NCBI RefSeq assembly: GCF_964204645.1
Contig: NC_134032.1
Coordinates: 16,425,337 to 16,489,336 of the forward strand
DNA: 64,000 nt
Source: Tubulanus polymorphus
Lineage: Eukaryota > Animalia > Nemertea
Reading direction: 5' to 3'
Made by a program: the position numbers and the translations under genes. Every line of letters begins with the position of its first letter. The first letter of the stretch is position 1. The notes beneath the pieces were generated by a model. It made no database searches, was not told where the DNA came from, and saw nothing but the letters and a program-made list of their open reading frames with translations. Of this stretch, positions 12,376 through 24,690 are shown piece by piece.

Positions 12376-12902
12376 GGCCTGAAACCGGCCGTCAACCCAG
12401 ACAGGTATCTGTGCAGAATATAATCATATCGGACTGGTATTTGAAATTAAATCCGCCATTGGACTGATCAAAATCTCGAGAGACGAATTCAGTGATGGTC
12501 CAACCGATTCTTCCCGTCGACGATGTCTACAATCCCGATTGTGAAAATCAACTGATGGAAGTACACGGCCCGGTTTCGGCGGTTTAGTTTCATATCGGAT
12601 CAGATTTGGCGCCCGACCGCGCGGGCTTCAAACTCTTTCAATAAAGTCAGTAAATTAAATTCAACTCACCGGATTACATTCCGAAACCTTATACGCCGTA
12701 TGGCCGGGGCACAGTCCTAAACCGGAGTCGTCACTTTACAAATTACCACTGCGCAGTTTCTGAGAAAGGACGCGAGGACAGTAAGTATTTTTTGGCTTCT
12801 AAGTTCGGTTTTCTCAGTATGTGACGACCGCACGGATTGCTGTAGATTGAAGTAGATTTTATTCCATATTTTTATCAGGTGACCGAGACCCCCCGCAGAG
12901 AA

Positions 12903-15900
12903 ATGGCGCTACACCGTATAAAAGACCCGGATGATCTAATCGAATGTCCCTATGATTCTGTACATATGGTCAGAGCTAAAAGATTCCCTTATCATTTGAT
13001 GAAATGTCGCCGAGTAAGTATCGATCTAACATTTAAATGTATTCCAATAATTCCTGCTGATTTCTGTAGTGTAAATGTTGTTGATGTTATTTTACAGAAC
13101 TATGCAGGAATGGATTACGCGACGTGTCCGTTTAACGCACGTCATGAGTTCCCGGTTCCCGAGAGACGTTATCACATCGCCAACTGTCCCGATAAAGCTA
13201 TATTAGAGAAACAGATAGCTGAAGAGTCTGGTCGCGGTGGGACGATGTATAAAGGTTGTACGGAAATGCCGATATCCGACTGGGTTCCTCCAGAGGCGAC
13301 GGAGGATTGGGAGACTGAGGCAACACCTGTCGCTCGTATCGGAATAGATGAAAGATTATTAGATATCGACCCGAATTTACCGAGATTTAAAGACATGACC
13401 GGAATGAAACCATCGGAGAAAAAAGAGTTTAAACGTCGCTTATTACTGATTGCGGAGAGAAGAGAGAGAGGTGAGGGGGTTTCACAGGGTCGTCATACGA
13501 GACCGGTGAGGGGGGTTTCACAGGGGTGTCATACGAATCCAGTGAGGGGGGATTCACAGGGGTGTCATACGAGACCGGTGAGGGGGGATTCACAGGGGTG
13601 TCATACGAGATTGGTGAGGGGGTTTCACAGGGGTGTAATACGAGACCCTCTATATTTTCAGTTTTAATTCGAGAACAATTTCTGACAAATAAACTTGATT
13701 GAATTGAATGTTGATATTTCAGGTGAGTGCGTTGATGACATCAGTTTAGACGTCGTTAAGCATCCTGTAAATCCTGTCGCCGTGACAACGACTACGACAA
13801 CCAGACTGCCGAAAACTAAACCTCAAGTAATAGCGGCAAAGGTAAATATGCCACAAAACACGCAGAGGTGCGGCTGCCTGCTTGTGTACTGATACCGGTG
13901 ACAACAGTAACCGTTGATTTCAGACACATCCGGCTAGCCGCGTGTTAATACTCTACTGATACCGGTGACAACAGTAACCGGTGATTTCAGACACATCCGG
14001 CTAGCCGCGTGTTAATACTGATACCGGTGACAACAGTAACCGATGATTTCAGACACATCCGGCTAGCCGCGTGTTAATACTCTACTGATACCGGTGACAA
14101 CAGTAACCGGTGATTTCAGACACATCCGGCTAGCCGCGTGTTAATACTCTACTGATACCGGTGACAACAGTAACCGGTGATTTCAGACACATCCGGCTAG
14201 CCGCGTGTTAATACTCTACTGATACCGGTGACAACAGTAACCGGTGATTTCAGACACATCCGGCTAGCCGCGTGTTAATACTCTACTGATACCGGTGACA
14301 ACAGTAACCGGTGATTTCAGACACATCCGGCTAGCCGCGTGTTAATACTCTACTGATACCGGTGACAACAGTAACCGGTGATTTCAGACACATCCGGCTA
14401 GCCGCGTGTTAATACTCTACTGATACCGGTGACAACAGTAACCGCTGATTTCAGACACATCCGGCTAGCCGTGTGTTAATACTCTACTGATACCGGTGAC
14501 AACAGTAACCGGTGATTTCAAACACATCCGGCTAGCCGTGTGTTAATACTCTACTGATACCGGTGACAACAGTAACCGGTGATTTCAGACACATCCGGCT
14601 AGCCGCGTGTTAATACTCTACTGATACCACTGACAACAGTAACCGGTGATTTCAGACACATCCGGCTAGCCGCGTGTTAATACTCTACTGATACCGGTGA
14701 CAACAGTAACCGGTGATTACAGACACATCCGGCTAGCCGCGTGTTAATACTCTACTGATACCGGTGACAACAGTAACCGATGATTTCAGACACATCCGGC
14801 TAGCCGCGTGTTAATACTCTACTGATACCGGTGACAACAGTAACCGGTGATTTCAGACACATCCGGCTAGCCGCGTGTTAATACTCTACTGATACCACTG
14901 ACAACAGTAACCGGTGATTTCAGACACATCCGGCTAGCCGCGTGTTAATACTCTACTGATACCGGTGACAACAGTAACCGATGATTTCAGACACATCCGG
15001 CTAGCCGCGTGTTAATACTCTACTGATACCGGTGACAACAGTAACCGGTGATTTCAGACACATCCGGCTAGCCGCGTGTTAATACTCTACTGATACCGGT
15101 GACAACAGTAACCGGTGATTTCAGACACATCCGGCTAGCCGCGTGTTAATACTCTACTGATACCGGTGACAACAGTAACCGGTGATTTCAGACACATCCG
15201 GCTAGCCGCGTGTTAATACTCTACTGATACCACTGACAACAGTAACCGGTGATTTCAGACACATCCGGCTAGCCGCGTGTTAATACTCTACTGATACCGG
15301 TGACAACAGTAACCGGTGATTTCAGACACATCCGGCTAGCCGCGTGTTAATACTCTACTGATACCGGTGACAACAGTAACCGGTGATTTCAGACACATCC
15401 GGCTAGCCGCGTGTTAATACTCTACTGATACCGGTGACAACAGTAACCGGTGATTACAGACACATCCGGCTAGCCGCGTGTTAATACTCTACTGATACCA
15501 CTGACAACAGTAACCGGTGATTTCAGACACATCCGGCTAGCCGCGTGTTAATACTCTACTGATACCGGTGACAACAGTAACCGGTGATTTCAGACACATC
15601 CGGCTAGCCGCGTGTTAATACTCTACTGATACCGGTGACAACAGTAACCGGTGATTTCAGACACATCCGGCTAGCCGCGTGTTAATACTCTACTGATACC
15701 GGTGACAACAGTAACCGGTGATTTCAGACACATCCGGCTAGCCGCGTGTTAATACTCTACTGATACCACTGACAACAGTAACCGGTGATTTCAGACACAT
15801 CCGGCTAGCCGCGTGTTAATACTCTACTGATACCGGTGACAACAGTAACCGATGATTTCAGACACATCCGGCTAGCCGCGTGTTAATACTCTACTGATAC

Positions 15901-18900
15901 CACTGACAACAGTAACCGGTGATTTCAGACACATCCGGCTAGCCGCGTGTTAATACTCTACTGATACCGGTGACAACAGTAACCGGTGATTTCAGACACA
16001 TCCGGCTAGCCGCGTGTTAATACTCTACTGATACCGGTGACAACAGTAACCGGTGATTTCAAACACATCCGGCTAGCCGCCTGTTAATACTCTACTGATA
16101 CCGGTGACAACAGTAACCGGTGATTACAGACACATCCGGCTAGCCGCGTGTTAATACTCTACTGATACCGGTGACAACAGTAACCGGTGATTTCAGACAC
16201 ATCCGGCTAGCCGCGTGTTAATACTCTACTGATACCGGTGACAACAGTAACCGGTGATTTCAGACACATCCGGCTAGCCGCGTGTTAATACTCTACTGAT
16301 ACCGGTGACAACAGTAACCGGTGATTTCAGACACATCCGGCTAGCCGCGTGTTAATACTCTACTGATACCGGTGACAACAGTAACCGGTGATTTCAGACA
16401 CATCCGGCTAGCCGCGTGTTAATACTCTACTGATACCGGTGACAACAGTAACCGGTGATTTCAGACACATCCGGCTAGCCGCGTGTTAATACTCTACTGA
16501 TACCACTGACAACAGTAACCGGTGATTTCAGACACATCCGGCTAGCCGCGTGTTAATACTCTACTGATACCGGTGACAACAGTAACCGGTGATTTCAGAC
16601 ACATCCGGCTAGCCGCGTGTTAATACTCTACTGATACCACTGACAACAGTAACCGGTGATTTCAGACACATCCGGCTAGCCGCGTGTTAATACTCTACTG
16701 ATACCGGTGACAACAGTAACCGATGATTTCAGACACATCCGGCTAGCCGCGTGTTAATACTCTACTGATACCGGTGACAACAGTAACCGGTGATTTCAGA
16801 CACATCCGGCTAGCCGCGTGTTAATACTCTACTGATACCGGTGACAACAGTAACCGGTGATTTCAGACACATCCGGCTAGCCGCGTGTTAATACTCTACT
16901 GATACCGGTGACAACAGTAACCGGTGATTTCAGACACATCCGGCTAGCCGTGTGTTAATACTCTACTGATACCGCTGACAACAGTAACCGGTGATTTCAG
17001 ACACATCCGGCTAGCCGCGTGTTAATACTCTACTGATACCGGTGACAACAGTAACCGGTGATTTCAGACACATCCGGCTAGCCGCGTGTTAATACTCTAC
17101 TGATACCGGTGACAACAGTAACCGGTGATTTCAGACACATCCGGCTAGCCGCGTGTTAATACTCTACTGATACCGGTGACAACAGTAACCGGTGATTTCA
17201 GACACATCCGGCTAGCCGCCTGTTAATACTCTACTGATACCGGTGACAACAGTAACCGGTGATTACAGACACATCCGGCTAGCCGCGTGTTAATACTCTA
17301 CTGATACCGGTGACAACAGTAACCGGTGATTACAGACACATCCGGCTAGCCGCGTGTTAATACTCTACTGATACCGGTGACAACAGTAACCGGTGATTTC
17401 AGACACATCCGGCTAGCCGCGTGTTAATACTCTACTGATACCGGTGACAACAGTAACCGGTGATTACAGACACATCCGGCTAGCCGCGTGTTAATACTCT
17501 ACTGATACCGGTGACAACAGTAACCGGTGATTTCAGACACATCCGGCTAGCCGCGTGTTAATACTCTACTGATACCGGTGACAACAGTAACCGGTGATTT
17601 CAGACACATCCGGCTAGCCGCGTGTTAATACTCTACTGATACCGGTGACAACAGTAACCGGTGATTTCAGACACATCCGGCTAGCCGCGTGTTAATACTC
17701 TACTGATACCGGTGACAACAGTAACCGGTGATTTCAGACACATCCGGCTAGCCGCGTGTTAATACTCTACTGATACCGGTGACAACAGTAACCGGTGATT
17801 TCAGACACATCCGGCTAGCCGCGTGTTAATACTCTACTGATACCGGTGACAACAGTAACCGGTGATTACAGACACATCCGGCTAGCCGCGTGTTAATACT
17901 GATACCGGTTAATTATTATTATTTTAGGAGCAGTTTGTTCAAGCTCGTAACATGGCTGGTATCGGACGAGGCATTAAACCACCAGGTTTGTATTCTCCCT
18001 AACCCTCCTCTGATCACCTCCCCTGATCACCTCCCTCCCCTGATCACCTCCCTCCCCTGATCACCTCCCTCCCCTGATCACCTCCCTGCTCCCTCTAATC
18101 CTCCCCTGATCACCTCCCTCCCCTGATCACCTCCCTGCTCCCTCTAACCCTCCTCTGATCACCTCCCTCCCCTGATCACCTCCCTCCTCTGATCACCTCC
18201 CTCCCCTGATCACCTCCCTCCCCTGATCACTGTCTTCTCATTTCTCCTCTTGTATTTATATCTCCTTATTTAAAGTGTTCTCTTTATTTCGTTGAAGCAC
18301 AAAAATCTCGACTAGTGGCAAATTTTAACCTGAATAATTCTGGAGCAGCAGCAGGAGGAGCAGCAGGAGGAGGAGCAGCAGCAGGAGGAGGAGGAGGAGG
18401 AGGAGGATCGACTCACAGATTACTCACTCCAGCTTCATTCTCAATGTCAGGATTGAATAATTCGGGGATGATTAGTTTTGGTCGTGGAATCGGTCGGGGA
18501 ATCCCGTTGTCTGGTCGGGGAATCCCCTCGTCTGGTGTCTCAGCTGCTCAACGTTAGTTACTCTAGTTTCATATTTCAATTGTATTTTACTCCGTAAATT
18601 GTTATCATAAATCAATTCTTAACTTGTCATCGATTACAGGTCAGCAGCCGAGTGTAATCATTCAGCCCCAGTCCGGTGAAACTGGTCTACAGCCCCAGCC
18701 CGGTGAAACTGGTCAACAGCCCCAGCCCAGTGGGGTAATCCAGTCCGATGAACAGATGTACACAGACAGTGATAGAGGCAGCAATAACGAGGTGAGTTAC
18801 AAATAACAAAACTATAACCTCTCATTAAACTCTACAGTGACCTCTCATTAAACTCTACAGTGACCTCTCATTAAACTCTACAGTGACCTCTCATTAAACT

Positions 18901-19727
18901 CTACAGTGACCTCTCATTAAACTCTACAGTGACCTCTCATTAAACTCTACAGTGACCTCTCATTAAACTCTACAGTGACCTCTCATTAAACTCTACAGTG
19001 ACCTCTCATTAAACTCTACAGTGACCTCTCATTAAACTCTACAGTGACCTCTCATTAAACTCTACAGTGACCTCTCATTAAACTCTACAGTGACCTCTCA
19101 TTAAACTCTACAGTGACCTCTCATTAAACTCTACAGTGACCTCTCATTAAACTCTACAGTGACCTCTCATTAAACTCTACAGTGACCTCTCATTAAACTC
19201 TACAGTGACCTCTGATTAAACTCTACAGTGACCTCTCATTAAACTCTACAGTGACCTCTCATTAAACTCTACAGTGACCTCTCATTAAACTCTACAGTGA
19301 CCTCTCATTAAACTCTACAGTAACCTCTCATTAAACTCTACAGTAACCTCTCATTAAACTCTACAGTAACCTCTCATTAAACTCTACAGTGACCTCTCAT
19401 TAAACTCTACAGTGACCTCTTATTAAACTCTACAGTGACCTCTCATTAAACTCTACAGTGACCTCATTAAACTCGTTATTGACTTTTAAACTGACTAAAC
19501 GTTTTTGACTGATAAAGATGTTTTGATATTTAATGCAGAGTTCGTCATCCGATGATTTGAATCGTGAAATCAAGAAGATAAATAAGAAACTGAGATCAAT
19601 AGAGAAATTAGAGGAGAAAGTTGAGAGGGGCGAAATGTTAAACTCTGAGGAGTTACTCAAACTCGAAAGTCGAACCGATTACGAATCACGTCTTGAAGAG
19701 TTGAACATGAAACTAACGGAGTCTTAA
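12903..19727 (+). CDS. GTSF1: Gametocyte-specific factor 1 (Asterix) homologue with long RG-rich and coiled-coil C-terminal extension
   Basis: Exons 12903-13013, 13098-13470, 13723-13841, 17928-17985, 18298-18552, 18640-18791, 19539-19727, all phase-compatible. Two CHHC zinc fingers (CPYDSVH..HLMKC; CPFNARH..HIANC) and an acidic Trp motif DWVPPEATEDWETE. Confidence 0.8.
13471..13648. repeat. ~36-bp repeat x5 starting exactly at a GTSF1 donor
   Basis: GTGAGGGGG..CACAGGGGTGTCATACGAGACCG, with GTGAGG at 13471, 13506, 13542, 13578 and 13614. Confidence 0.85.
13886..17909. repeat. 67-bp satellite array (~60 copies) in GTSF1 intron 3
   Basis: Unit ATACCGGTGACAACAGTAACCGGTGATTTCAGACACATCCGGCTAGCCGCGTGTTAATACTCTACTG, with no spacers. 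Confidence 0.95.
17995..18230. repeat. 17-bp minisatellite (TGATCACCTCCCTCCCC)n in a GTSF1 intron
   Basis: About 12 copies. Confidence 0.85.
18818..19473. repeat. 23-bp minisatellite (CCTCTCATTAAACTCTACAGTGA)n in the last GTSF1 intron
   Basis: About 28 copies here and about 14 in the inverted duplicate at 9170-9502. Confidence 0.95.
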
Positions 19728-20377
19728 AATACATAGTAGTATCATAACACAGCCTGCAGTTCATTGAAACCCTACTCTACTCCAAATACAGGGATAACAG
19801 GGCGGAGAGGGTTTAATGAACTGTTAGGTTAGAGTAATAGTAGTAGGATATCCAAGTACGCAGTGTTTATTGGCTGTGTTTACTAATTCGAGACCCGCGG
19901 GGAATGCAGGCGCTTATATGTTCCCCCGAGGGAGGGAAGCCTCATGGCCCCCGCTAGGGGAGATGTCTCATGATTCCCCTTATTTATGGCGGAAAAGTCT
20001 TGTGTGTGTTCAGTTTTTAAAGCTTTTTATTAAAAACGAAACATTTTGCATTATTTCTTTTAAATTGATTTTATTTTACATGTAAATTTACTAAGATTAC
20101 TGGATGTATGAATCATATATAAACTATTTGTAAATATGATCAAGACACAAATAAAATAAATAATCGCTTTCAATTCTTCTTGTATTTCTTTAAATAAGTT
20201 GTTTTATCTATAAAGGCTATTTTTATTTGCTGGTATTTTAGACGTGGTTTACGGTAGCGAGTCTATGAAGTGCTTCTTTTTATTTGCGGTTCGTCTGAAC
20301 AAATCTTCGCATCATTTTTGAAATAGATTAGATAAGGACGAAGGACTTGACGGTTCTAGGCGATTAGTTCCTAGTGC

Positions 20378-20546
20378 GGTGCGATTCAAGAATAGGGGAC
20401 TATAGCAATATATATGTAGTGATGGTAATCAATTAAGTAATAATATTAGTAATTGATAATAATGATAGTAATGTATATAGTAATTAATGATGATTAGGGA
20501 ACTAAACCTAATCCTAACCACTAGTCCCCTATTCTTGAATCTTACC
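20378..20546. mobile_element. MITE with 8-bp target-site duplication
   Basis: TIRs GGTGCGATTCAAGAATAGGGGACTA / TAGTCCCCTATTCTTGAATCTTACC. CCTAGTGC on both flanks (20370-20377, 20547-20554). Internal TAAACCTAATCCTAACC. Confidence 0.8.
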
Positions 20547-21471
20547 CCTAGTGCATCAGTAAAATGAGCAAAATTTATTGGTCCCGTTTAACCTTAGAAA
20601 AGTGTTAGTAGAATATTGATTAATTCAGGTTCGGGAATTAAATTTAATTTGCTGTAGATTCTTCCTGCGGCATGTGAGTCTGCCGCTTTTCCGGATGCTA
20701 GTAATCTACATTCGCTGAACAAAGAGTTCTATTAAAAATTACTTGAAAATCGATTAAAAACGTTGATTTCCCCTAAAATAATGATCCTTAGTTGATTGAA
20801 TAATGCATTCTAAACTTAGTATTGAATAATGAATGGAGTTTGACTATCTGTATTCCTCGCATGCCACAGTAAAATATCGAGGCTTCGTAAATGCTCAACC
20901 GTTCAGTGCTGCCTCTATGAATAACGATAGCGGAATTTTGGTGAACTAGGGTAGCGCATATTTACACCGGCGCCGGAATATGAATTTCCGCACACCCCTG
21001 TAGCGCCTAATTCTATTAATCTATGATTGTATGAATCCGTCCAAAATCTCAAATAATCTTTTCATATTTCTAATTAACGGTATTACAGGGCTCCAACCAC
21101 AGGTTTAGTCGCGGCAGTCTGGAAATGCCAGGGGAATATTTGCGGCCATTTTTCAAAGCCATGGAACTTTGTTTTTCTCTCCGTGGCTGCAAAGTCAGCA
21201 AATGTTCACAAAATGAAATGTTCCTACAATAAAGGGAGTAGATTGGGTTAGCAGCTGTTACAGACCCAGTGCATCCTACCGCTGAAATCTGGATTCCTCA
21301 GTGAAAACAACAAGCTAAATATTATTCCATAAATTATTTCATTTCATAACTGATTATATATTTATGTAACAAGTAAATCAAATTCCTGATCAAGTTTAAA
21401 AATGGGAGAGTCAACTAGTGACTCCCAGCTGAGCGTAATTCAAGTATGAAGGAGTCAATTAATGACCGAGT

Positions 21472-23868
21472 TTAACTTTCGACTGGTGGAGGCAGAATAT
21501 GCATTTTCAGTTCAAGGTCATTGTAGTATTGTTGTATTTCTTGTTTCTGTTGTGTAAACCATGAATCGACCCGGGAACTCTTCTGACACATTTCACCGAT
21601 AAAACTCGCCCATTCCTCAGAGCGAGTTTTTCTCTCAGCCTCCAATAAATCAATCTATAAAAAACACAACAAATATCAGTAAAAATAGATCCAAAAAATA
21701 GATACATCTCAATACAAATACATAGTAAAACACCCCCAATATACCGACATACTCTCTATACCGCCATACTCTCTATACCGCCATACTCTCTGTACCGGCA
21801 TACTCTCTATACCGCCATACTCTCTATACCGCCATACTCTCTATACCTCCATACTCTCTATACCTCCATATTCTCTATACCGCCATACCGCCATACTCTC
21901 TATACCGCCATACTCTCTATACCGCCATACTCTCTATACTGGCATACTCTCTATACCGCCATACTCTCTATACTGGCATACTCTCTATACCGCCATACTC
22001 TCTATACCGCCATACTCTCTATACCGCCATACTCTCTATACCACCATACTCTCTATACCGCCATACCCTCTATACCTCCATACTCTCTATACCGCCATAC
22101 TCTCTATACTGGCATACTCTCTATACCGCCATACTCTCTATACCGCCATACTCTCTATACTGGCATACTCTCTATACCGCCATACTCTCTATACTGGCAT
22201 ACTCTCTATACCGCCATACTCTCTATACCGCCATACTCTCTATACTGGCATACTCTCTACACCACCATACTCTCTATACCGCCATACTCTCTATACCGCC
22301 ATACTCTCTATACTGGCATACTCTCTATACCACCATACTCTCTATACCGCCATACTCTCTATACTGGCATACTCTCTATACCTCCATACCCTCTATACCG
22401 CCATACCCTCCATACCGACATACTGTCTATACTGGCATACTCTCTATACCGCCATACTCTCTATACCGCCATACTCTCTATACCGCCACACTCTCTATAC
22501 CGCCATACTCTCTATACCGACATACTCTCTATACCGGCATACTCTCTATACCGCCATACTCTCTATACCGACATACTCTCTATACCACCAGATACCAAAT
22601 TTCATCTATATATCGCTAATAGTCATCTTCGAGAGAAATAAATGAAAATGATCTTGTTTTAACTGCAGAAATGAATCCTGCCCCAGGCACATGTTCAACC
22701 TCTGAGGATCTGTCACAATATTTACCGGTTTCTGATCTTGCTCTTTATCTGCGACTTTATTAATCATTTTACTGCAAGTCTCACCTGAAAATAAAATCAC
22801 ACACAGTTTGTTTGTTTTACGTCGTTTTGATTTTAGATTCCTGAAACTGAACCCTATTGGAGTATTTATTCAACCCGATGTTGCTTGCCGCACACTGTAG
22901 CAGCCAACAGGACTCAAACCTGCTTGTAGTGTCACTTGGCAACAGCATCATGCGTTATTCCACTGACTGAGCTACCGTTAGACAGCCCTCCCAGGATCAT
23001 CCATCCTAGAGCCAGTTTACCTCCCATCCCAGATATCGTCTAACCCCCACGACCAGTTCACTCACTTGTTGAAATGATTCCACTCAGTAATGTTTTCATC
23101 GTCGCCATCGTTTCATCCAATGATTTGTGTTTTAGTTGATCGATGTGTTCTCCTATAATCTGCGTCCTCTTGAGTTCTCGATCTTTACGTTTTTCCTGTT
23201 TCAAATTGAAGATAAATTATAGATACCTCATTACGGACATCCTCCTCAGGATTCCCCAACACGGATGTTCCGGATAACTTTCACTTTACCTCAAATTCTT
23301 TGACGAAAAATGATATTTCTGCTTGTATAACGGCATGATGCTGAAACAGCCGACCGTGAACCTCTCCAATATCTACAATAACAATATGTTTAACCACCGT
23401 CACGTGGGCCTAACTCTGCCCTGCCTAGTTAGTTACCTAATCGTTGGTGGTAAGCTTTTTATAATTGGATGGGCTTATACCAACGTGGTTGTGGTTTGTG
23501 AAAATATCCGATTGTGAAACTAAACCACAGACAGGTTACTGACTATGCCCTGCCCACGGGCACGGCTTGTAGGCTACATACTGTGTATAAACGTTGCTAA
23601 TCTAGGTGTCGCATATAAAACACATTTTAGCTGGATTACACTGTGAGTGTGACTAGGGCTAGGCTGGGACTCTGCTCTGGATTGGATGGGAGCCAGGAAT
23701 CAGGACAGGTTCGCGGTCTCAGGACCGAGTCACTTGTGGCTTTGACAACATTACTGAAGTGTTGACATAGATTATATAAACTGAATACATCATAAATATG
23801 ACGTATTGAATCCGTTAAAACTGTTTAAACAACTGTGAAATACCTTTTATGATTAGTTCAGTTGTCAT
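21472..23868 (-). CDS. BLOC1S5: BLOC-1 subunit 5 (Muted)
   Basis: Five exons giving MTTELIIKDIGEVHGRLFQHHAVIQAEISFFVKEFEEKRKDRE..EEWASFIGEMCQKSSRVD..YYNDLELKM. Matches recalled human LIIKDLGEIHSRLLDHRPVIQGETRYFVKEFEEKR. Confidence 0.9.
21741..22590. repeat. 17-bp minisatellite (ATACCGCCATACTCTCT)n in a BLOC1S5 intron
   Basis: About 50 copies. Confidence 0.95.
22905..22980 (-). mobile_element. Degenerate tRNA-derived SINE head
   Basis: Minus strand GGTAGCTCAGTCAGTGG (A-box-like) ... GGTTTGAGTCC (B-box-like). Confidence 0.35.
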
Positions 23869-24690
23869 CTTAACCAACTAGCAATCAATCATTGAATTGC
23901 ATTGACATCTCTGGGCGCCGGCGGAGGTCTCCGGATCTTATCATCGACGAAATAGCGAAGCATTAGATTATTCATCAAAAACTGATAAAAATTATTTGAG
24001 AAATATTTTTTTAATCAATCTTGTGGTAAAATAAAATTAAGTGTAAATATATACATGATGTGGTCAGTGTTTACAAAGATTTCCTAGCAAAACCTTTTCG
24101 ACGTTTCGTTAAGCCTGGGCCAAAGTGTGCGAGTTTGTATTTTGATAAACGGCTGGAGTGGTGCGAGAGCGTTGTGAGATGTTAGTCAGGTTGCCTGATT
24201 AGGGTTAGGGTTAGCTGCTGCTAGGGTTAGGGTTACTCGTAACGCACGGTACCGCCAGTGTTTAAGAACCGGCAGTAAATATGGCCGCCTCCGTGAAATA
24301 GAAACGTGTGTTTAGAATAAACCAGTTTAAAACGTGATTTAAAGCGATTAGAATCCGTTAAGTTAACATTTATTTTTAGATCTACTTGTTTTTGATCCGA
24401 TGATTCTAATATATTCACGCGTCATTTTTATAAACCGCTGTTTTATCGGTTTTTCCGTTGATGGTGTATAGATGGCGCTAGTAGTCTCAATGCGTTCTCA
24501 GTTCGTTTTGTCTCTATAAATATCAAGTGTTAATCGTTTTCTAAACGTATTCTTGTAATCGTTGCGTTTCACTGATGTTGCAGTATGTTTGAACAGCTTG
24601 GTTCAGACCGTGTGAGGAGTATTTAATCGACTACTGGCTTTGGAAGAACCGAGATCACTGACTGATTCTACTACTGACTGGAGCTGGAAG

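Noticed and set aside
13886-17909. CRISPR-like array
   Set aside because: Units are contiguous with no unique spacers, there are no cas genes, and the array sits in a eukaryotic intron.
24197-24236. Telomere or telomerase RNA template
   Set aside because: Only a few interstitial TTAGGG units, like other repeat-borne copies, with no supporting structure.
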